Source of the DNA: Pirellula staleyi DSM 6068
GTDB lineage: Bacteria > Planctomycetota > Planctomycetia > Pirellulales > Pirellulaceae
Assembly: GCA_000025185.1 (NCBI GenBank)
Contig: CP001848.1
Span: 5,460,001-5,492,000 of the forward strand
DNA length: 32,000 nucleotides
Reading direction: 5' to 3'
Below, piece after piece: positions 25,517 through 32,000 of this stretch; position 1 is the first letter of the stretch, and each line of letters opens with the position of its first letter. The translations under genes and the position numbers were made by a program. The notes beneath the pieces were generated by a model that saw only the letters and a list, made by a program, of their open reading frames with translations, had not been told where the DNA came from and ran no database searches.

Positions 25517-28500
25517 TTACGCCTTGGAGAAGGATTTCGCAGGAGGAGCGTTTTCCGCAGCAACGCTGTACCAGAGATGCATGGGCAAACAGCCGAGCGC
25601 CGCGAGTACGAACTGCGAGATCGCGAACAGCACCAGACGGAACATCGTCCCATCGGTGAAGCCGTACGAATGGAGCCCCACTCCCAGCTCGTTCACACCG
25701 AACCAGCTCCAAGCGGTCACCACGTTTCCAAGGATCGAAACAACGGCCAATCCTCGATCGGCAATCATCTTGTCCCAGCGAGCATGGAGCACCACGGCGT
25801 TCCAGAGCACGATCATCAATGCTCCGTTCTCTTTGGGGTCCCAGCCCCAGAAACGGCCCCACGAATCGTCGGCCCAAAGTCCCCCCAGCACGGTGCCGAC
25901 GAAGCTGAAGAAGATTGCGAAACAGGTGACGCCATACATCATCCGTCCGAGATCTTTACGGGTATCTTTCTGGAGCACCGGTGTGGCCAGACCGAACACG
26001 ACATAGATCACACCGATAACACCGGCGACAAAAGTCGCCACGTAACCGAGCGTGATGCAGACGACGTGAGTGGCGAGCCAGAACTGCGTGTCGAGAACCG
26101 CTTGCAGCACTTCGATCGTGTCGCCACCAGCGGCGAGTTGGTAAGCAATTTGGAGCGTGGAGTAGCCCATGATTGCAGCGACCAGATTTCCGACCCCTAT
26201 CTTATAGATCATTTCGATCGCGATCCCGAACATCACCGCTCCCCAGCCGATGAAAATCGCCGAGGAATAAAGGTTGGTGACGGGTGGACGACCCGAAATG
26301 TAGATACGAGCGAGGAGCGAAACCGTATGGAGCACGAACATCAGCACCAGCAGCGTGAACGCAGCCGAGTTGAGCGCCCTCGATTGAAACAAAATGGCGG
26401 CTAGAGCAATCACGAACACAACGAGGTAGACGAGCCAGCCGTAGAAGAATGGAGAGACCTGATTGAAATAGGCCTCGAAACTCGTTTGTGCCGGTTTGTA
26501 ATCGACAGGTGGTTTCGAGCTGAGTCCTCCCTTGTACTGCAGCAGTGCGGCGTTGAACTTGGAGACATCGCCACTTCGGTACGAGTCGAGCATTGTCTCG
26601 AACTGCAGGACTGCGGCATCAGGTTCTTTGCCGGTTAACTGCGACTCGAAGAAAGAGTTGATAAACGCCTCGGGATAGTTGGTCCAGCGCCCCTTATCAT
26701 CCAGATCCTTGGATGGAGTGAGCGCAATGGCAAGCGGGGGCTGCATCTCCTTCAGCAGTTCGGTCTGTTCGGAAACCGCTAGCTGGAAATTCTGGAATTG
26801 CCGCACGGCTTCCTGACGATCGGTTCGTACGAGTTCCGGAGAGGGGAAGGGGGGCAAGTTCGGTGGTGTGAACGAGCGGATCATCACCATGTAAGCTTGC
26901 AGCCGCTGATCGAGTTGCAGCAGATTCACTTGATACGGAGTTCGATCGTCGACCTTAATTTTTCGTGCTGCTTCCGACTGTTTTTGGAACTCGCCAATGT
27001 TGTCGCGCAGTTGGACGGCCGAATAGAGATTTCCCTTTTCGCGTTTGATGCCAAATAGTTTCAGGATCTCGAAATCGTCGATGCGAAAGATCTTGTACTC
27101 GAGCGCCGCATCAGCTCCTGTGACCGTGTCGAGGAACCACCTGGTGGCGGAGATGGTGTTTCCATCTTTGTCTTTGATCTGCTCGCGCATCGAGAGGGTG
27201 CGGAGCGTGTTGCGGGCATAGGTGTCGAGCGGCTTCACGCGACCACGATGGGCCATCGGCAACTCGCCAAAACTCACCAGATCAAATTGATCGGCAGCTG
27301 GCTTTTTCGTTCGTGTGATCGATCCGATAAAGGCAAAGAACATCACCGCCACTGATGCGCAGAGGATGATCGTCGGCCAGTCGCGCTGACGCGTTGGCGC
27401 AATCGCGGGCAATTCCTGCTCACGCTGTTTGGGCTTTTGCTTCCCCTTGGTCGATGCGAACAGTGTCGGAGCAACCGGCGTTGCCAGAACCGGCACATCG
27501 GGCATTAAGTCGCGAGCCAGAAATCGGCCTAAAGCAATTAGGAAGTGAGCCAGCATGCCGGTCGCCACAATCATGCAGGCGACGTAAGGGATCATCCAGC
27601 CACGATTGTAAACCACGGCCAGAGTGGTCGCTTCGGTCGGCTTGCCACCTTGCATCACCTTGCTGTAGCCACTTTGGTAGAACGTCACTCCCGCATAGCG
27701 GAGTGGGTCGTTCATTTTGATATGTACCTTCTCATCGACTCCCAGTTTGGGGTCGCGCAGGATGATATCAGACGAGTAATTACGCGGTGTATCGCTGCCG
27801 AGGTAATCATCCTTACTCACATTCTCGAGCGTGACGGTGTAAGGCTGATAAGCGCGGCGGAAGCGAATGAACAATTGATGCTCGTCGTCGCCGGTCTTCA
27901 CTCGTTCAGCAAATCGTTCGGCATTAGCTTGCTCCGAAGCAAACTGCGAGAGCATGTAGGTGCCGAGGTCTTTGCCGGTCTTTTTCTCGAGGATCTTGAC
28001 ATATGCGGCGGCCATATCGACCGACGAATCGGAGTCGGTCCCTTTCGCTGCATCGAGCGGAACGATCGTTTCGCGGAGACCCCGGCCGGCGGTGGCCAGT
28101 GTCTTTTCCGAAGGCTTTACATCCCGCACATCGGCGTTGTTGTAGTAGTCGACAACCGCCACATCAAACGGCAACAGGTTCTCGGGATCGGCGATCGGCT
28201 GAGGTTCTTTTTTCTGCTCGAGCAGCCCCTTATTCACTTGCAGGTTTTGCTGCAGGATCTCGCGAGGAATGACCGAAACGAGATCTTCTTCCGCATCTTT
28301 CTTGGGGGTAATGATGGCCAGTTCCGTGGTGCGGATATCGCGAAAATAGTTCGCCGACTCACCTTCCGGTAGGAAGACTTGCCATTCGACGGCATAGCGT
28401 CCGACGAGCAGTTCGTTGAGCATCATCAGGCCGATGCCTGCATGGAGCAGAACCACGCCGGCACGTTTGCGGAAGGCGAGCCAGCAGCCGACCAGCAGCA

Positions 28501-29281
28501 CGATGCTCGCAAAACCACCTTGCAAAAGCTGCCACAGAATGCGGAGCGATTCGTTACCCAGCGATACGCCGGCAACTGCGCAGTAGACCAGCGTGGCCGG
28601 AAGCAAAACTTCAGCACCAATCCAAATTCCGGCAAAGAGCCACTGCGTCGATGTGAAGGAAGCATTTTTGTCGACAAGCCACTTGCCGAGATAAAACGCG
28701 CCAGCAGCCCAGGCGATGATTGAGACGAGCACGAGGGTGTACCAGACAACACTCCACGAAAACCACGGGAGGGACTGAAACCCACCCGCGAGATTGCCGA
28801 GCATGACCACCAGCGTGGTGAGAACGATGCCGACCGCGGTGACAACGAGTCCTGTGAGGAGTTCGATCCCTTTGGTCTGGACCTTGAAACGAATGCCGTG
28901 AGCTGCCGTGAGGTTGATGATCATCAGCATGCCGACGATCCAGCCACCTGGCATGGGGATAACAAACTGTCCGAGTTCCGGGATTGGCAGGTTCGGAAAG
29001 GCCATCTTGGGGATCATCAGCAGAAAATGAAAATCGACCGGCATGATGATCGAGTGGAAGTAGGTGTCGACGACCTGCCAAATATCCGCTTCCGTTTGGG
29101 CAAGGGTGCCGATCCAAACGACGAAAGTGGCATACACCAGCAGTGCCACGGTGAGCTTCAACGAGGCGGCCGCTTCCAGGACCCACCAGAGATATTTCGA
29201 GATCGAGTTTTCAGCGGGAGCGGTGCGGGAGCCCCGTTGGCTCGAGCTCTGTTGCTCGGGGAGCGTGGTAGTCGACGACAT
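25517..29281 (-). CDS. ccsBA: fused CcsB(ResB)-CcsA(ResC) system II cytochrome c synthase, about 1254 aa
   Basis: The N-terminal part is ResB-like (LKLTVALLVYATFVVWIGTLAQ, large periplasmic domains). The C-terminal part is CcsA with the WWD motif WGRFWGWDPKEN (25826-25861) and flanking His residues. The start is chosen at MSSTTTLPEQ (ATG 29281, AAGGA upstream). The ORF-track start at 29377 would overlap the upstream gene. Confidence 0.85.
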   Translation of the reverse strand: MSSTTTLPEQQSSSQRGSRTAPAENSISKYLWWVLEAAASLKLTVALLVYATFVVWIGTLAQTEADIWQVVDTYFHSIIMPVDFHFLLMIPKMAFPNLPIPELGQFVIPMPGGWIVGMLMIINLTAAHGIRFKVQTKGIELLTGLVVTAVGIVLTTLVVMLGNLAGGFQSLPWFSWSVVWYTLVLVSIIAWAAGAFYLGKWLVDKNASFTSTQWLFAGIWIGAEVLLPATLVYCAVAGVSLGNESLRILWQLLQGGFASIVLLVGCWLAFRKRAGVVLLHAGIGLMMLNELLVGRYAVEWQVFLPEGESANYFRDIRTTELAIITPKKDAEEDLVSVIPREILQQNLQVNKGLLEQKKEPQPIADPENLLPFDVAVVDYYNNADVRDVKPSEKTLATAGRGLRETIVPLDAAKGTDSDSSVDMAAAYVKILEKKTGKDLGTYMLSQFASEQANAERFAERVKTGDDEHQLFIRFRRAYQPYTVTLENVSKDDYLGSDTPRNYSSDIILRDPKLGVDEKVHIKMNDPLRYAGVTFYQSGYSKVMQGGKPTEATTLAVVYNRGWMIPYVACMIVATGMLAHFLIALGRFLARDLMPDVPVLATPVAPTLFASTKGKQKPKQREQELPAIAPTRQRDWPTIILCASVAVMFFAFIGSITRTKKPAADQFDLVSFGELPMAHRGRVKPLDTYARNTLRTLSMREQIKDKDGNTISATRWFLDTVTGADAALEYKIFRIDDFEILKLFGIKREKGNLYSAVQLRDNIGEFQKQSEAARKIKVDDRTPYQVNLLQLDQRLQAYMVMIRSFTPPNLPPFPSPELVRTDRQEAVRQFQNFQLAVSEQTELLKEMQPPLAIALTPSKDLDDKGRWTNYPEAFINSFFESQLTGKEPDAAVLQFETMLDSYRSGDVSKFNAALLQYKGGLSSKPPVDYKPAQTSFEAYFNQVSPFFYGWLVYLVVFVIALAAILFQSRALNSAAFTLLVLMFVLHTVSLLARIYISGRPPVTNLYSSAIFIGWGAVMFGIAIEMIYKIGVGNLVAAIMGYSTLQIAYQLAAGGDTIEVLQAVLDTQFWLATHVVCITLGYVATFVAGVIGVIYVVFGLATPVLQKDTRKDLGRMMYGVTCFAIFFSFVGTVLGGLWADDSWGRFWGWDPKENGALMIVLWNAVVLHARWDKMIADRGLAVVSILGNVVTAWSWFGVNELGVGLHSYGFTDGTMFRLVLFAISQFVLAALGCLPMHLWYSVAAENAPPAKSFSKA

Positions 29282-29367
29282 GAGCAAACATCCTTCCAGC
29301 AAACGAATCGCAACTATGGACAAACGGGGTGCAGAGTACCGGTGCAACGAGCGGAAATAGCGACCTG

Positions 29368-30513
29368 CTATTTCCACTTAATCGAGCGAGTGAATTGCTC
29401 GAAGTGCTCGCGCTCGTCGGCTGCCAGCGACGATGGTCCCGTGAATTTCACGAACCAACTGACGTCGTCCTTCACCACCATGACACCGAGAATCGTCTTG
29501 CCCGATTCTTCTCCAACGAGTTCGACGTAATTCCCCTTCACACCATCGACTTCGATGGTCTTGGCAACTTTGGCGAGTTCTTCTTCTGTGGTCGCATTGA
29601 GCTGCACTTGGCCGCGCCAACGGTTGACGTTCGAGAGCCAGTCGCCTGCTTGACCACCTAGAGGAATAACTGTGATCTCGGCCTGTTTATCACCGATTCC
29701 CACGGAGAGGGAAGCTTTGCGAAGGCTGCTTGTGATCGGCTGCTCGGTCCAACCTTCAGGAACTTTGTAGGTGATATCGCCGTCGGAGTTGCCACCAGTT
29801 CCAGCGACTGGCCCCACGGGTGGCACCGCCGCTCCAGGACCGGCGAAAGGTGGGCTACCTGACATTCGCGGGCCACCTGCGAAAGGACCTGTCATCGCGT
29901 TGCTTGCCGAGGCAGCACCGACGATGTCGACGATAACCGCTTCCCCGGACTCGAGCTTGATGCGCTCGCTGCTGGTGGGGAGATCGGCTTCAGTGATGGG
30001 AGGCAGGCTCAGTTGTCCGCGCCAACGATTGAAGTTGGCCAGTAAATACTCGTTTTCAGAATCGGCCTGGTAGGGGAGCTTCGAAATGCTGAGCTCGATG
30101 GGTGCTGCCCCTTCAGCGCTCGGGGCAATCAGCGTGGCGAAGCGAAGTCCGGTGGGGCCCTCTTCCTTCCAACCTTCGGGCGTCGTCCAAGTGATGTTGC
30201 CACCCGCAGCTGGAATTTTGATCGACGCGACGAACTCGCGAAACGGCTTGCTGAGTTTGCTGACAGCGGCGTCGGGTCCCTGAAGTTTGAGGAACCAACC
30301 TTGCTCGCCCGCGATGACAATTCCGCCGAGCATGCGCGAGTCGCCCACTTGCTCGCCAACAGCCGCAACTGCCGGGGCAGCGACGGTGCGAGCCACGGTG
30401 TACTGCTCGATCTTGGGCTGTTCGCCACAACCGGCCGCGAGGGCCAGCAGCAGCGCGCCGACGAGGAAGGAAATGGGACGAAGATTTCCCCAGCGGGAAT
30501 TGCAAACAGGCAT
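29368..30513 (-). CDS. lipoprotein with internally duplicated (mirrored) two-module architecture
   Basis: The signal has a lipobox-like LALAAGC. Two B modules are present (ITWTTPEGW...NFNRWRGQLSL...IVDIVG and ITYKVPEGW...NVNRWRGQVQL...YVELVG). Two A modules are present (MLGGIVIAGEQGWFLKLQGP...FREFVASIK and ILGVMVVKDDVSWFVKFTGP...FEQFTRSIK). A Gly/Pro linker joins the halves. It is on the same strand as ccsBA and immediately upstream of it. Confidence 0.75.
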   Translation of the reverse strand: MPVCNSRWGNLRPISFLVGALLLALAAGCGEQPKIEQYTVARTVAAPAVAAVGEQVGDSRMLGGIVIAGEQGWFLKLQGPDAAVSKLSKPFREFVASIKIPAAGGNITWTTPEGWKEEGPTGLRFATLIAPSAEGAAPIELSISKLPYQADSENEYLLANFNRWRGQLSLPPITEADLPTSSERIKLESGEAVIVDIVGAASASNAMTGPFAGGPRMSGSPPFAGPGAAVPPVGPVAGTGGNSDGDITYKVPEGWTEQPITSSLRKASLSVGIGDKQAEITVIPLGGQAGDWLSNVNRWRGQVQLNATTEEELAKVAKTIEVDGVKGNYVELVGEESGKTILGVMVVKDDVSWFVKFTGPSSLAADEREHFEQFTRSIKWK

Positions 30514-30678
30514 AGCGAGTCACTCGTGCTAGAGAGGCAAATCGGGGCCGATTCTGCTACTAACAGCCGGGTTCAGGTGGGAGGAACACCGGTGCTGCCG
30601 CGACAGACCGGGCGATCGTCGGAGCAGGGGCCAGGTCGCGATCGTCACCAGGACCACCTCCAGGGAGGGGTCTAAAAT

Positions 30679-30706
30679 GTGTCGATCACGACACTACCTG
30701 ATTATA
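30679..30706 (-). promoter_or_regulatory. candidate -10 box (TATAAT on minus strand, 30706-30701) followed by a 6-bp inverted repeat (gtgtcg-atca-cgacac, 30679-30694)
   Basis: Read directly from the sequence. It lies about 170-190 nt upstream of the lipoprotein start at 30513. No convincing -35 was found, and promoter rules in this lineage are poorly defined. Confidence 0.2.
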
Positions 30707-30871
30707 GACAGGGAGCCAGAAGATCGTACAGTCGCGCGGGGAGGGGGAAGTGCCGTAAATCGGCAGGTAGCGGAAAATCGGGCTCCCCAAATGGCGAGGC
30801 TGCCACGTTTTGCCGCAGCGATTGTCGCCCAGGCGACCAGAATGCGCGGTGCGGAGGTAGAGCAGGGGGCG

Positions 30872-31873
30872 TTAGCGGGTCTTGAGCGTGTCCCCCTGAG
30901 ACCAGCCGACCACCGGGCTTTCGCTTTCGAGCAAATGGATTTCGACCCCGCGCACCTGCGTTCCGGGCTGCTCGATTTTCGCGAGGGGTGCGTCGCCACG
31001 CTCGCCGCTGCCGGTGACAGCGAGACGATTCTCGGAAACGCCGTGCCGATCGAGGTAGTCTGCCACTGCTTGAGCGCGGGCTGTTCCGAGCGCACGTGCG
31101 CTGCTGTAGCGAGCGGTCGTCGATTGGCCTGCTTGCTGAGAGGGGCGTCCCGTGGCGATGCCCGCAACCAGCACTTTGGTTTTCTTCAGGTTGTCGTTCC
31201 GCAACAGCCGCGAAAGCTCGTCGAGCGACTCGCGACCTTCGGCGGTCAGCACCGCTGTCCCCGCTTCAAACAAGATTGGCATCTCGACAACAGCCGAGCG
31301 TGTAGCATCGTCGAATCGCAGCCGGCGGTCGCGCTGAGCCACGGCATAGAGCAAGCTCGGCTCGGTCACTTCTTCGGAAACAAAGTCTTCGTAGCTGCTT
31401 TGACGAACGGCCCCGCTGGCGGGTGGACGAATCGGAGTTTTGTCGAGCGATCGCCACTCGAGCGGTTCGCCGATGGGCTTGCTCTCGGGCTTCGGTTTCG
31501 TGGGAGGGGGAAGTGGCTGCATGGCTCCCGGCTTGGCTGGGGAACTCGAGGCCGGGCGCGAAGCAGCGCTAAAACCACTGCTGCTGCGCGAAGAGGCAGT
31601 GGAGGTTACACCGCGCGACCCACCCATCGCGAGTTGTTTTTCAGCTTCGTCGAGACGCTGTTCGACAGTTGCTAGACGCGATTTAGCGGCGGTGGCAGCA
31701 TCGCGTTCAGCCTTGAGTGCCGCGATCAGCTGATCTTTTTCAAGCTGCACTTGCTGCAGCTGCGCATTGGGAGCGCTGCAGCCAGCGGCGAAGAGAAAAG
31801 CGAGCACAAACGTCACGAAGGGGCGGACAATGCCTACCTGTTTCCAGTGCTTGGAGAACGACGAATTGCTCAT
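30872..31873 (-). CDS. coiled-coil lipoprotein with degenerate OmpA/MotB-like C-terminal domain
   Basis: AAGGGAG lies upstream of ATG 31873 (MSNSSFSKHW...). The hydrophobic signal ends in FLFAAGC. A coiled coil follows (LEKDQLIAALKAERDAATAAKSRLATVEQRLDEAEKQL), then a Ser/Pro-rich linker. The C-terminal domain has OmpA-like layout (ILFEAGTAVLTAEGRESLDELSRLL...LGTARAQAVADYLDRHGVSENRLAVTGSG) but lacks the usual GHTD motif. Confidence 0.65.
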   Translation of the reverse strand: MSNSSFSKHWKQVGIVRPFVTFVLAFLFAAGCSAPNAQLQQVQLEKDQLIAALKAERDAATAAKSRLATVEQRLDEAEKQLAMGGSRGVTSTASSRSSSGFSAASRPASSSPAKPGAMQPLPPPTKPKPESKPIGEPLEWRSLDKTPIRPPASGAVRQSSYEDFVSEEVTEPSLLYAVAQRDRRLRFDDATRSAVVEMPILFEAGTAVLTAEGRESLDELSRLLRNDNLKKTKVLVAGIATGRPSQQAGQSTTARYSSARALGTARAQAVADYLDRHGVSENRLAVTGSGERGDAPLAKIEQPGTQVRGVEIHLLESESPVVGWSQGDTLKTR

Positions 31874-32000
31874 GATGATCCGACTCCCTTCGAACCGATG
31901 CTGGCACGCATCCTGCTTGCAACGCCTCATGGAGGTCGCTGCAGCCAGCACTAATCTTCCAAAGACTTCTTACTAACTTATGTCGAGCATCCTGAGCAAT

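Noticed and set aside
25349-26404. 351-aa ORF antisense to ccsBA
   Set aside because: It lies wholly inside a strongly supported gene on the other strand. The translation is rich in His, Arg, Glu and Asp with no domain or membrane pattern, and looks like a typical shadow ORF in G+C-rich DNA.
30677-31675. 332-aa ORF antisense to the OmpA-like gene
   Set aside because: It is a shadow ORF with an Arg/Gly/Ala-rich translation and no motifs. The opposite strand has an SD, a signal peptide, a coiled coil and a recognisable domain.
1-32000. CRISPR arrays, rRNA genes, transposases or insertion sequences, toxin-antitoxin pairs
   Set aside because: I saw no regularly spaced direct repeats, no rRNA-like conserved blocks, and no DDE, HUH or serine recombinase-like ORFs in any frame.

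Overview
The window is chromosomal DNA of moderate-to-high G+C. It has no rRNA, CRISPR array, transposase or obvious prophage. The protein styles suggest a Planctomycetota (Pirellulales-like) genome: Tat and lipobox signals, giant secreted TPR proteins, many lineage-restricted bitopic envelope proteins, and an ECF sigma factor paired with an exotic anti-sigma. This taxonomic call is an inference, since no database search was possible.

I call about 24 genes and one tRNA-Leu(UAA). Recognisable housekeeping genes are:
- a Tat-exported EEP-family phosphoesterase
- a DUF420-like membrane protein
- XerD-like recombinase
- GalE
- a PlsC-type acyltransferase
- Mn-type superoxide dismutase
- a very large fused CcsB-CcsA (system II) cytochrome c synthase

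The most interesting part is a co-oriented block at 7.2-18.4 kb. It contains an ECF sigma factor, then a membrane anti-sigma-like protein with a periplasmic YfbK-type VWA domain and a triple N-terminal peptide repeat. Two secreted TPR proteins follow, one of 1088 aa with a Pro/Ala tail. Then come ExbB, two intact ExbD paralogs, an intrinsic terminator, and a third ExbD paralog broken by a 1-nt frameshift in a G-run. No TonB, TolA or TonB-dependent transducer is present.

Other candidates for uncharacterised biology:
- a tandem pair of about 540-580 aa bitopic proteins that share a repeated beta-rich module, transcribed divergently from the sigma gene
- an orphan 814-aa HerA/FtsK-like ATPase with a coiled-coil tail
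- a lipoprotein with a mirrored internal duplication immediately upstream of ccsBA
- a 685-bp non-coding gap beside the tRNA containing a 284-nt G+C-rich stretch with no TTA, CTA or TCA

All domain calls come from motifs read by eye in the supplied translations.
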